Under the pieces are notes generated by a model. It was not told the DNA's origin. It made no database searches and saw only the letters and a program-made list of their open reading frames with translations. DNA of 64,000 nt from the NCBI GenBank assembly GCA_963735595.1, contig CAVTLK010000002.1, forward strand, positions 224,001-288,000. The letters are read 5' to 3'. This document shows positions 31,756-40,670 of the stretch, one piece after another (positions within the stretch are counted from its first letter, which is position 1; the number at the start of each line of letters is the position of its first letter). Source of the stretch: an uncultured delta proteobacterium (GTDB lineage: Bacteria > Desulfobacterota > Zymogenia > Zymogenales > Zymogenaceae). The translations under genes and the position numbers were made by a program.

Positions 31756-33213
31756 ATGGAAATTGAATATCTTGTTTTTGTTCTGTTTCCTCTATTGGTT
31801 ATGTTGCTACAGGTTGCCCTGTACGTCCTGGTCAGCGTTTTCGCTCCGAGCTTGTTATTATGGAAAACCGCAAGTATTGCACGGGCAGGCGACCACGCAT
31901 TTAAGAAGGCCCTCGTTACGTCCCTGAAAGCCACTCTCGTGATCTGGATTGCGGTCATTCTTCTTGTTTTAATGTTTTATAAGCCGGGAGTAGTCATGCC
32001 GGTATGGCCTCTCGTTTGCGGGACATTACTGGGCGTTCTTTTATTGCTCCCCGTTATCCGGCGGGCCTACAAAATCACATGGGGCAAGGCGACCGTGGTA
32101 TGGTCCGTCTTCGGGATCGCTCAAATTGTAATCGTGCTGTCGGGTTTGTACCTCGTCGGTTGGATGCGACCCCTAGATCTGAGTTTTTTAAGCCCGTCCG
32201 GTACTGCGGGCGAAGGCGCCGCTCCGGCTATTTTGGAGGGCGTCATCCCGGGCGGCCCGCGTATTGCGATTGCCCCTCAGTTTGACAATGCGGGTAATTT
32301 CAGCGAGGGGCTGGCGCGTGTTATGTTTCTGAGGAAATTGTTCCCTGCTCTGCTCCCCGGGAAGTGGGGATACGTAGATAAGGAGGGCAATATGGTTATA
32401 AAACCCCGGTTCCGCGAAGCCGGAGATTTCAATGAGGGATTGGCACGGGTCGCCGTGTGGTGGGACTATGGTTATATAGATAAGACGGGCGCAATCGTCA
32501 TAAAACCCCAGTTCGACGAAGCCGGAGATTTCAGCGAAGGATTGGCGCGGGTCGTGGTGAAATCGAAGTTCGGTTACATAGATAAGACGGGCGATTTCGT
32601 TATACAACCTCAATTTAACTGGGCCGGGGATTTCAGCGAGGGGTTGGCACGAGTCTTGGCCGGTGGTAAATACGGCTATATCGATCGGACGGGAAAGACG
32701 GTTATCGCCCCGCAGTTCGAGGGTGCAGGGAGGTTCAGCGAGGGGCTGGCATGGGTTAAGGTGGGGAGGTATGAGTATGGTTATATAGACACGACCGGGA
32801 AGATGGCCATCAATCCGTGGTTTGAAAATGTCTCTGATTTCCATGAAGGTCTGGCGGCTGTTATGATTACTAGTGATCATTGGGGCTTTATAGACAAGAA
32901 AGGAAATGTAGCGGTGAAGGAAGGTCCTTGGGAAGCTGGGGATTTCAGCGAAGGGTTGGCACGGGTTGATGTTGAGTTTTCGCATTTATGGGCCTATATA
33001 GATAAGACACGGAATTTCGTCGTGGACTTCAAATTCACTGATGCGCGGGATTTCAGTGAGGGACTGGCAGCGGTTAGGTCGGGGAAATGGGGCTATATAG
33101 ACAAATCCGGGAAATATATAGTAACCCCGACATTTGACGAAGCCTTGGATTTCAAAGAAGGCATGGCACCAGTCAAAGTAGGCGACAAATGGGGATACTT
33201 GGTGATTAAATAA
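31756..33213 (+). CDS. WG-repeat (KWG Leptospira-type) protein with multi-TM N-terminus
   Basis: About nine FSEGLA.V...K(W/Y)GYIDK.G repeats after four hydrophobic helices. Confidence 0.92.
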   Translation: MEIEYLVFVLFPLLVMLLQVALYVLVSVFAPSLLLWKTASIARAGDHAFKKALVTSLKATLVIWIAVILLVLMFYKPGVVMPVWPLVCGTLLGVLLLLPVIRRAYKITWGKATVVWSVFGIAQIVIVLSGLYLVGWMRPLDLSFLSPSGTAGEGAAPAILEGVIPGGPRIAIAPQFDNAGNFSEGLARVMFLRKLFPALLPGKWGYVDKEGNMVIKPRFREAGDFNEGLARVAVWWDYGYIDKTGAIVIKPQFDEAGDFSEGLARVVVKSKFGYIDKTGDFVIQPQFNWAGDFSEGLARVLAGGKYGYIDRTGKTVIAPQFEGAGRFSEGLAWVKVGRYEYGYIDTTGKMAINPWFENVSDFHEGLAAVMITSDHWGFIDKKGNVAVKEGPWEAGDFSEGLARVDVEFSHLWAYIDKTRNFVVDFKFTDARDFSEGLAAVRSGKWGYIDKSGKYIVTPTFDEALDFKEGMAPVKVGDKWGYLVIK

Positions 33214-33644
33214 AGGAGTGAGTAAGCTGCCGGAGAGGCAGGTGCGATATACTCGTGGATCGTGTGAATATGAGAATCTTAGGCAAGGTTACGCTTAACC
33301 CATCAGTGGGTCTTGTGACAAGAAGCCCTCTAGTAATACAGGACTTCTTCCCTTTTTCGACTTATACGAGGGCTCTAACGAATAGAGAACCCTCTTCCTT
33401 TAAAACACACCACCGAAACGCCTCGATATACTCCCCCCGTATATCCTTAACGGAATACTTAAAACTAGCGCTTTGCGCATTTGATATTCGAATGGCCCAA
33501 GAGTTTTTCGCCTTAGCAAGGCTCTAGGACAGTTGAGAAAGTTGTTAGCGAGGCAATGAGGTAAGCGTGTGGGAGAAGATCGATTCCGTGAATTTTCCTG
33601 CAAAGTAAAAAATAGAGCTGTTTCTGCTCCCTATAGACATGACT

Positions 33645-33812
33645 ACCGGACTTCGGATAAATAGGTCATGACGCACATAAACGACATTATATATCTCCAA
33701 GATTCCCTGGAATGCTCTACAATTCCCTCAAATTCCTTCGGATTCACTATTTTCTATGACACTTTTTGTAACACCAATTATTAAGGGGCCAGATAATTTT
33801 CTAACCCCTTAA
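33645..33812. repeat. Degenerate att arm (site E) and hairpin immediately downstream of tRNA-Phe
   Basis: Five 10-bp phased repeats 33701-33750; TATGACA/TGTAACA at 33755 and 33767; hairpin TTAAGGGG..CCCCTTAA 33781-33812. Confidence 0.7.
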
Positions 33813-33826
33813 TAGTATTAGTCAAT

Positions 33827-33902
33827 TGGTGCCGCAGCCCGGGATTGAACCGGGGACACTCGGATTTTCAGTCCGATGCTCTACCAGCTGAGCTACCGCG
33901 GC
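33827..33902 (-). tRNA. tRNA-Phe (GAA)
   Basis: GCCGCGGTAGCTCAGCTGGTAGAGCATCGGACTGAAAATCCGAGTGTCCCCGGTTCAATCCCGGGCTGCGGCACCA; 76 nt cloverleaf with encoded CCA. Confidence 0.98.
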
Positions 33903-33917
33903 TTTTTGCGAATTGTT

Positions 33918-33946
33918 ATAGTAATAAAACCGGCGGGTTTTGTCAA
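33918..33946 (-). promoter_or_regulatory. sigma70 promoter of tRNA-Phe
   Basis: TTGACA-N17-TACTAT on the - strand. Confidence 0.75.
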
Positions 33947-33983
33947 GTGTTTTTTCTCCCCGGGACCGGGTCCCGCGTCTCCC

Positions 33984-34724
33984 CTAAGCCTCACCAGTCC
34001 CACCGGCCGGCGTCCCGACGGCCGCCAGATAGAGTATCGATTCCTCCCGCCCGTCAACGCCCAGGATCTCGTTGACCTCGTCATCATACAGCGCCGCGAC
34101 GGGACAGGCCGAGAGGTTCAGTGCCTCCGCCGCCAGGAGGAGATTGCCGGCGATGTGCGCCGCGTCAAGATACACGTACCGGTATGCCCGCTCCAGGTAC
34201 TTGGCCGCCGATCGGCCGAAGACCGCGGTCCAGAGAAAAACGGCGCCCGCGCCGCCGACCATCGACTGGCCGAGCGCGGCCTCGGCAAGCCGTGCCGACA
34301 GGTCGCCCTCGCGCACGAGGCTCAGCGTATGGTCCTTCACCCCGTAGTGATAGATCCCGCCGGCGAGTCCGGTCACGGCGCGGACCTCGACGTATGTCTC
34401 GATGGGGAACAGCGCGCCGGCCGAGGGGGCCGTTCTCAAGACGTAGCCGCCGTACGTCCCGGTGGCCCCCGACGCCGCCCAGAGGAGCCGGGACAGCTCC
34501 TCCAGACCCAGAGGGACGCTGCCAAAGTCCCGGGAGCTCCTCCTCTTGCCCAGCGCTTCCCAGAGGGGCATCCCTCCCTCAGCCGCGGCCGGGGGCAGGG
34601 GCGTTTTCGGGGCGCCGGGGTAGGTCTTGAACGGAGCGGGGACCTGTTCCGTCCCGTAGTGTCCCGCGGCGATCTTTCCGCGGGTATATTTCGTTTCCTC
34701 CTGGAACTCCCTTCCGATTCCCAT
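33984..34724 (-). CDS. SagB/ThcOx family nitroreductase-like dehydrogenase
   Basis: RRSSRDF, LRTAPSAGALFPIE, YRYVYLDAAH, DDEVN..LGVDG. Confidence 0.92.
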   Translation of the reverse strand: MGIGREFQEETKYTRGKIAAGHYGTEQVPAPFKTYPGAPKTPLPPAAAEGGMPLWEALGKRRSSRDFGSVPLGLEELSRLLWAASGATGTYGGYVLRTAPSAGALFPIETYVEVRAVTGLAGGIYHYGVKDHTLSLVREGDLSARLAEAALGQSMVGGAGAVFLWTAVFGRSAAKYLERAYRYVYLDAAHIAGNLLLAAEALNLSACPVAALYDDEVNEILGVDGREESILYLAAVGTPAGGTGEA

Positions 34725-34785
34725 TTTTGCCTCGCTTCGCGGGGGCCGCCTCGCTTTATGCCGGGCGCGGGGCGTGAAATCCCGT

Positions 34786-34816
34786 AAAAAAAAGGGCGGG
34801 AGACGATCTCCCGCCC
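34786..34816 (-). terminator. Rho-independent terminator
   Basis: GGGCGGGAGA/TCTCCCGCCC stem plus A8 run. Confidence 0.75.
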
Positions 34817-34838
34817 GATAAAGCTCGATAGCGCGCGT

Positions 34839-35993
34839 CTATGCGGCGGGCTTCGGCGCGGCCTTTTTCTTGCTGATGAGGCGCGCGATGAGAAATACGA
34901 GGCCCGCAATGATTACAAGGGTGATTATCAGGGCGATGGGACTGTGCGCGATCATCGAGACAATGATGGTGACAATCGAAAGCCCCAGCGCCACGAAGAA
35001 CATGACGATGGCGACCATCCCGCGGCCGACGTTTCCGAGAAACGGCAGCACGTCCAGGACCGCGTTGATCGGCGCAAAGCACATCGCCAGGCCGATCCAC
35101 ATCATCAGGAAGCCGACCAGCCTCAGGATCCATCCGACGGTTTTATGTTCCTGGGACAGCGTTGCAATCGCCTCTTCCCTTGTCCCGAAGCGGGCGTGAT
35201 AGAGCCTGTCCTCACCCTTGTAGATGAAGGGGACGATCTGCCCGCCGGTGAGCTGCCCGAAGACGGTCATGTTTATATCGGATGCGAGCGCCGTGTAGTG
35301 TATCCGTAAATCGCCGACGACCGGGGCGGTGCTGCTGCCATAGTAGCCGTAGCCGCCCGGCTTGATGAAGATGTAGTTCCCGTTGAGGGAGCCGGCGAAC
35401 TTCGAATTGACCATCGAGGTATTGAGGACTACCTCCGATTGTCCCGGAAGCGAGAGGCCCTTGACGTCCACGGGGTAGACGCCCACGAAGGCGGTGTTCA
35501 CGTAAAAGGCCTGATCCTGATACGGCATGGGCGGGTTGGTGTGGCCGGCGGGGTCCTTGAACGTGGACGAATCGGCAGGCGACGACGTCCACTCCTGGAC
35601 GTAGCTATACGTCGTGGTCGTGGTCTCGCTGCCGCCCACGTTCTTTTCGGTCGTGGATTCGGACTTCTCGACCCAGGCGTACATCTCGACGTTCCTGGTC
35701 AGGGTGAGGTATTTGCCGGGATTAAAGAATTCCGGGTCGCCGATCGTCTCGTAGGATGAGAGCATTCCCGTTACCGAGACGCCCTTACCCTCGTGGGTGA
35801 CGTCCAGTACGGCGGCGTCGATGGGGACCGTCTCCTTCATGGCGACCTTGGATATATCGGTCCTTCCCTCGTTTACCCAGAGGACGACGAAGGACGCCAG
35901 GAAGAGGATGATGCCGAATACGACCCCCTTGATCGACTCGGTGATCTTGCTTCCCCAGCTTTTCGTGGTGACTTCGGTAATCTTATTGGCCAT
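34839..35993 (-). CDS. TMEM43 (DUF1625) family membrane protein
   Basis: LWVNEGR, RNVEMYAWVE, YVQEW, VGDLRI, WILRLVG, C-terminal TMs. Confidence 0.88.
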   Translation of the reverse strand: MANKITEVTTKSWGSKITESIKGVVFGIILFLASFVVLWVNEGRTDISKVAMKETVPIDAAVLDVTHEGKGVSVTGMLSSYETIGDPEFFNPGKYLTLTRNVEMYAWVEKSESTTEKNVGGSETTTTTYSYVQEWTSSPADSSTFKDPAGHTNPPMPYQDQAFYVNTAFVGVYPVDVKGLSLPGQSEVVLNTSMVNSKFAGSLNGNYIFIKPGGYGYYGSSTAPVVGDLRIHYTALASDINMTVFGQLTGGQIVPFIYKGEDRLYHARFGTREEAIATLSQEHKTVGWILRLVGFLMMWIGLAMCFAPINAVLDVLPFLGNVGRGMVAIVMFFVALGLSIVTIIVSMIAHSPIALIITLVIIAGLVFLIARLISKKKAAPKPAA

Positions 35994-36100
35994 GATTTAC
36001 TCCTTTTTTATGCCAAACCAAGTATTGAATAGATACCGAGATAATTGTACACTATGACGGTATAATTAGACAACACTTTATTATACCGTTATTATCAGTA

Positions 36101-36116
36101 TGTGATATAATTCACA
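36101..36116. promoter_or_regulatory. CRP/FNR- or Rex-type palindrome
   Basis: Perfect TGTGA-TATAAT-TCACA between divergent genes. Confidence 0.55.
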
Positions 36117-36140
36117 CATTTGACTACTATCCATACAAAA

Positions 36141-36854
36141 ATGAAATCGATATACCTCTTTTCCCCCTGGACCCTCAAAGGCGACCTCCGGCTCGTTATC
36201 CCGGCGATAGCCTCGTTTATTTCCAACGTCCTGATCTTTCCGAGACGCAGTATGTACGCGGCGGCCCTGCGGGGGATTGTCCTTTCGCCGCTCATGGCGG
36301 GCCCGTGCCGCGTGCGGTTTGTCATGAAGCGCGTAACCATGGAAGACCCCGGGCGGGTCTTCCTGGATACGGACGCCGTGGTGCGGGAAGACGTGCTGGT
36401 CAAGGGGGGGCTCACCGTGGGGGCGCGCAGCTTCCTGGGCCCGGAGAGCATCTTCGTCGGCCCCGTGACGATCGGGTCGGACGTCAACATGAACTACCGG
36501 TGCGAGGCCTACGCCGGGACGGTGATCGGCGACCGCTGTTCCATCGGGCCCGGCGTGAAGTTCCTGACCATGGCCCACGAGATGGGCTCGGAGGACTTCC
36601 GGGCGGGCAACTTTTACAGCGAACCCATCAGTGTGGGGGACGGGGCGTGGATCGGCGGGTACTCGGTGGTTCTGGGGGGGGTGAGCATCGGGAAGGGGGC
36701 CGTGGTGGGGGCGGGGTCGCTGGTGACCAGGGACGTGCCGGACAACACGCTGGTGCTGGGCCACCCCGCGAAGGTTGTCAAGAGGCTGGGGCCCGGCTAC
36801 GGCGGCGGCCCGCCGGGCAGCCCCAAACGGCCGAAAACGATCAGGTGGGCGTAG
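36141..36854 (+). CDS. Hexapeptide-repeat (left-handed beta-helix) O-acetyltransferase
   Basis: IGDRCSIGPGV, PISVGDGAWIGG, IGKGAVVGAGSLVTRDVP..G.PAK. Confidence 0.88.
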   Translation: MKSIYLFSPWTLKGDLRLVIPAIASFISNVLIFPRRSMYAAALRGIVLSPLMAGPCRVRFVMKRVTMEDPGRVFLDTDAVVREDVLVKGGLTVGARSFLGPESIFVGPVTIGSDVNMNYRCEAYAGTVIGDRCSIGPGVKFLTMAHEMGSEDFRAGNFYSEPISVGDGAWIGGYSVVLGGVSIGKGAVVGAGSLVTRDVPDNTLVLGHPAKVVKRLGPGYGGGPPGSPKRPKTIRWA

Positions 36855-36980
36855 GGGAGCATTCCGGGGCGCGCCGCTCCCAAAGAAGAGCCCCGGACGG
36901 CGGCAGATGCCGGTTTCCCATGAATACTCGTATGGATCGATACATAGTCCGAAATATCCCGTATCTGGAGGGCTAACGGC

Positions 36981-37997
36981 GTGACCTATCAATTTACCCC
37001 GCTGGTTTTTACGTTCGTCATCAACGCGTGCGCTGCGGTCTTCTTCGCGTTTTTCGCCTGGTCGAGGCGCCAGAATCCGGGGGGGAGGCCCTTTGCCTTC
37101 CTGATGGTAGCCCTCGGGATGTGGAGCCTCTCCTGGTCGCTGGAGGCCGCGGCGGTCGACCGGGTCGTGAAGATCCTGTGGGCGCAGGTCGCCTACTTCG
37201 GGATCGCCACAACCGGGGTGTTATGGCTCTTGTTTGCCGCCGACTTCGCCCGGAAAGCGCAATGGTTTACGAAAAAACGGTTGCTGCTGCTTGCCGCGAT
37301 CCCGGCGGCGACCATCGTGATGGTCTTTACCAATGACCTCCACCGGTTGATATGGACGAGCATCAGCCCGGATTCCGTCTCCGTCTACAACCTGCTCGTC
37401 TACCGGCACGGGCCGTGGTTCTGGCTATTGGTGGCATACAACTACACGACGTTCGTTTTCGGGACGATACTCCTTCTCAGGGCCTTCCGGCACTATACGA
37501 TGCTCTACCGGCTCCAGGCCGTCCTCGTGGTAATCGGGGCGCTGCTGCCGTTGACGGGAAACGTCCTGTACGTGTCGGGGTTGAGCCCCGTGCCCGGGCT
37601 TGACCTGACACACTTCGGTTTTACCGTGGCCGGCTTGATATTTTCGCTGACGATCTTTCGCTACAAGATATTTGACCTTCGGGCCTTTGCCCGGGATGTC
37701 GTGGTGGAAATGATGAGCGACGGCTTTCTGCTGATGGACGAAGCCAATAAGATTATCGACATGAACCCCGCCGCCACGCGCTTCTTCGCTTCCCCCGGAT
37801 TCCATGCCCTTGGCGTGACCGTCGAGGAGGCCTCCGTCAACTGGTCGAGGATGACAAGCCTGCTGGACGATACGGACCAGAGCCACCTGGAGATCATGAT
37901 CGGCGACCGGACATACAAGATACGCTCGTCGCCCGTTGCGGCCCAGAGCGGATACGTGCGGGGGCGTGTCCTCTTCATCGTGGACGTTTCCCGTTAG
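36981..37997 (+). CDS. HisKA_7TM-type membrane sensor plus PAS domain, no output domain
   Basis: Seven TMs with FTNDLHRLIW, HGPWFW, LDLT; PAS (MSDG...D....I.D.NPAA); stops at the end of PAC. Confidence 0.8.
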   Translation: MTYQFTPLVFTFVINACAAVFFAFFAWSRRQNPGGRPFAFLMVALGMWSLSWSLEAAAVDRVVKILWAQVAYFGIATTGVLWLLFAADFARKAQWFTKKRLLLLAAIPAATIVMVFTNDLHRLIWTSISPDSVSVYNLLVYRHGPWFWLLVAYNYTTFVFGTILLLRAFRHYTMLYRLQAVLVVIGALLPLTGNVLYVSGLSPVPGLDLTHFGFTVAGLIFSLTIFRYKIFDLRAFARDVVVEMMSDGFLLMDEANKIIDMNPAATRFFASPGFHALGVTVEEASVNWSRMTSLLDDTDQSHLEIMIGDRTYKIRSSPVAAQSGYVRGRVLFIVDVSR

Positions 37998-38068
37998 GGA
38001 GCGGTATACCCGCCCCAGAGCATTAAGGCGTCACCGTAATGCGGAAACGCGCTTCTTAGGTGAGCTGC

Positions 38069-38138
38069 CGGACACGACAAGTCGTGTCCCTACGGGCGAT
38101 AAGCATGTTACCCGTAGGGACACCATTTATGGTATCCG
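38069..38138. repeat. Inverted pair of GTAG-type REP-like palindromes
   Basis: GGACACGACAAGTCGTGTCCCTAC and GTAGGGACACCATTTATGGTATCC. Confidence 0.65.
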
Positions 38139-38234
38139 TCTTGTGTTTTACCCGTCATCGAGAGGGGCATCCCCTCCCTTTTACCGTTGACAGCCCCTGT
38201 CCCCCCCACTATAATCGAAGCACTATCTTTTGTT

Positions 38235-38325
38235 ATACGGAATTGCGGGGACACGTACGTAATTACCTTTTCTCAATTTAAACGGAACATGTACTAATTA
38301 CGTACATGTCCCCGTAATTCCGTAT
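38235..38325. repeat. 31-bp inverted repeat (2 mismatches) with 29-nt spacer, MITE-like
   Basis: ATACGGAATTGCGGGGACACGTACGTAATTA ... TAATTACGTACATGTCCCCGTAATTCCGTAT. Confidence 0.8.
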
Positions 38326-38350
38326 CTAATGTTAATAGAGGAGGACTCAT

Positions 38351-39640
38351 ATGTCCGGTACATCCCCATCTATGACAAAATCCCATGCGATCTATGCCCT
38401 GGTGGTGCTGGTGCTCATCAACTCGGTCAACTACATGGACCGGGCCGTGGTGAGCGTGCTGGCGCCGCTCATCGGCAAAGACCTCTCGCTCACCGATACC
38501 CAGCTCGGCATCATCGGCGGGCTGGCATTCACGCTATTCTACGCCATCATGGCCCTGCCGATCGGCGCGGCGGTCGACCGTTTCACGCGAAAATACGTGC
38601 TTTCGGCCGGCATCCTGGTCTGGAGCGGTGCGGTCTTCCTCACGGGGCTGGCCGGCAGTTTCGGGAGCCTCTTTGCCGCGCGGGCGCTGACCGGCGCCGG
38701 CGAGTCGTCGGCCCATCCGTCGGGGGTCTCGCTGTTGGGCGATTACTTCTCCCAAAAGGTCAGGACGATCGCCATCGCCGTGTTCCAGATGGGCGTGCCG
38801 TTAGGGGCAGGCATCGGCCTGATCGTCGGTGGAATACTGGCCCAGAAATACGGGTGGCAGAAGACCTTCTTCATCTACGCCATCCCCGGCCTCATCCTTA
38901 TCCCCTTTATCCTGTTGACCCGTGACCCGGTGCGGGGCGTGCAGGAGGGGCTGACGGCGGCCGACCGCCAGGGTATATCGAGGCAGGACTTCTTCACCAA
39001 GGTGGGAAAGATCCTCTCCACCAAGACCCTCGTCTACCATTACATCGCCACGGCCCTCATCCAGCTCGGCATACAGGGATACGCCTTCTGGATGCCGACC
39101 TACCTGGTCAGGGAGCGGGGGTACGACATCGCGGCGGCGGGCAAGCTCGCCGGCATCGCGATGCTGGCCGGCGGGATCGTCGGGGCGCTGGGCGGGGCGA
39201 TCATAGCAGACCTCTGGTTCAGGAAAGATAAAACCGCCCGGCTCAAGGTCCAGACCATCGCCGCCGCGGCGGCGATTCCCTTCGTGATCATCAGCTACCT
39301 TGCCGTCTCCAACGCCATCATGATACCGGCAATCTTTATCGCGATTATTCTGTCTATCGCGATGTTCCCGATCCTGTCCGCGGTCATCGTCGACCTCGTG
39401 GAACCCCAGGACCGGGGCGTCGGGATGGCGCTCCTGCTGCTGCTGCAGACCGGCATCGGCTATTCCCTCGGCCCGCCGCTCATCGGCTGGATCAGCGACC
39501 TGTCCTCCTCCCTCTTTAAGGGACTGCTGGTCGTCCCGATTGCGTACGTTTTGGTCATCGTCGCGGGGATCGCGGCTATTCGGCTGTTCTCTGCCGATTA
39601 CGCGACCGTGCAGGCGCGGATCGCGAAGCTGCATAAATAG
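38351..39640 (+). CDS. MFS transporter (spinster-like)
   Basis: NYMDR, D...RK motif A, about 12 TMs. Confidence 0.92.
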   Translation: MSGTSPSMTKSHAIYALVVLVLINSVNYMDRAVVSVLAPLIGKDLSLTDTQLGIIGGLAFTLFYAIMALPIGAAVDRFTRKYVLSAGILVWSGAVFLTGLAGSFGSLFAARALTGAGESSAHPSGVSLLGDYFSQKVRTIAIAVFQMGVPLGAGIGLIVGGILAQKYGWQKTFFIYAIPGLILIPFILLTRDPVRGVQEGLTAADRQGISRQDFFTKVGKILSTKTLVYHYIATALIQLGIQGYAFWMPTYLVRERGYDIAAAGKLAGIAMLAGGIVGALGGAIIADLWFRKDKTARLKVQTIAAAAAIPFVIISYLAVSNAIMIPAIFIAIILSIAMFPILSAVIVDLVEPQDRGVGMALLLLLQTGIGYSLGPPLIGWISDLSSSLFKGLLVVPIAYVLVIVAGIAAIRLFSADYATVQARIAKLHK

Positions 39641-39694
39641 GCCCGACAAAAGGCGGGGCGGGCGGAAGTCGCCGCCCGCCGGGGGGAGATAGAG

Positions 39695-40552
39695 ATGTCC
39701 CTTGAAGAGCTTTACCCTTATTCCGTAAAACGGATCACGCTGGCCGACCACGACTGCGCCTATATAGACGAGGGCAGACGCGGGACGCCGATGCTGTTCC
39801 TCCACGGTTTTTCGGTCAACCTGGCCAGCTTCGCGAAAAGTTACCCCCACTTCATCAAGAACCACCGGGTCATCGCACTGGATTACCCCGGCTACTACCT
39901 CTCCGAGAAGAAGGACGCACCCTACGACATCCCCTTCATGGCGCGGGCCGTCGCCGAGCTGCTGGACAAACTGAATCTCACAAAGGCGGTGCTGGTGGGA
40001 AGCTCGATGGGTGGGGCGATTGCGCTGGAGGCGGCCCTGTTGAGGCCGCAGGCGGTCGGGGCGCTCGTCCTGGCGGCGCCGGTAGGGTTTTCGGGAAGAA
40101 ACGTCCTTCTGTCTTGGATCGTCGGCCTGCAGCGGATGCTGCTGCCGAGGGAAAAGGTCATCGCGACGATGTCCGCGCGGCTTCCCGGCCGGGTAGCGGC
40201 CTTTTTCGTCGATAAGAGTAACCCCGCCGCCGACAAGATCCGCGCGGCCTACGAAAAGATGAAGGGGCGCGGCGACTACGGCCTCTGGATCATGGCCCTG
40301 GTCCGCATGGCGCAATCGGTGCTCAGTGCGGACCTGACGAGGCGGGCGCGGGGCGCCGCGCTGCCGACGCTCATTATCTGGGGCGACGGGGACCGGGTGC
40401 TGCCCCCGGCGGGAGCCGAAAGGGCGAAGCGGGCGATGGGCGACTGGGCCACGGTCGTCATGATTCACGGCGTGGGCCACCTGCCGTTTATCGAGGCCGC
40501 CGATCGGTTTCACACGGAGGTAGACGGTTTCCTGACTTCCATCGACCTGTAG
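39695..40552 (+). CDS. Alpha/beta fold hydrolase
   Basis: FLHGF, ALDYPG, GSSMGG nucleophile elbow, WGDGD, GVGH. Confidence 0.92.
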   Translation: MSLEELYPYSVKRITLADHDCAYIDEGRRGTPMLFLHGFSVNLASFAKSYPHFIKNHRVIALDYPGYYLSEKKDAPYDIPFMARAVAELLDKLNLTKAVLVGSSMGGAIALEAALLRPQAVGALVLAAPVGFSGRNVLLSWIVGLQRMLLPREKVIATMSARLPGRVAAFFVDKSNPAADKIRAAYEKMKGRGDYGLWIMALVRMAQSVLSADLTRRARGAALPTLIIWGDGDRVLPPAGAERAKRAMGDWATVVMIHGVGHLPFIEAADRFHTEVDGFLTSIDL

Positions 40553-40670
40553 GCATAGGCCGACGCCGGCCGGGACCGGGATTATCATCAGACAAAAAGC
40601 AGCAAGGGAGGCATTAGCCTCCCTTGCTCATATATAGTACGGGACGCTCGGATGCGCCCGGGCGAATCTA

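Larger units (their letters stand above)
18111..33826. mobile_element. Tandem array of integrase-less genomic islets integrated at tRNA-Phe (three cargo cassettes)
   Basis: Repeated tRNA-Phe 3' halves with conserved arms delimit 2.5, 9.4 and 3.8 kb segments; AT-richer spacers; no recombinase ORF. Confidence 0.8.

Noticed and set aside
33255..33603. Short ORFs next to tRNA-Phe as a possible integrase remnant
   Set aside because: No tyrosine-recombinase (R..HxxR..Y) or serine-recombinase motifs recognisable in the listed frames; a tBLASTn would be needed to exclude a heavily decayed relic.
33984..34724. SagB-like gene as part of a RiPP (azole) cluster
   Set aside because: No YcaO, precursor peptide or transporter nearby; stand-alone SagB-family nitroreductases are common in anaerobes.
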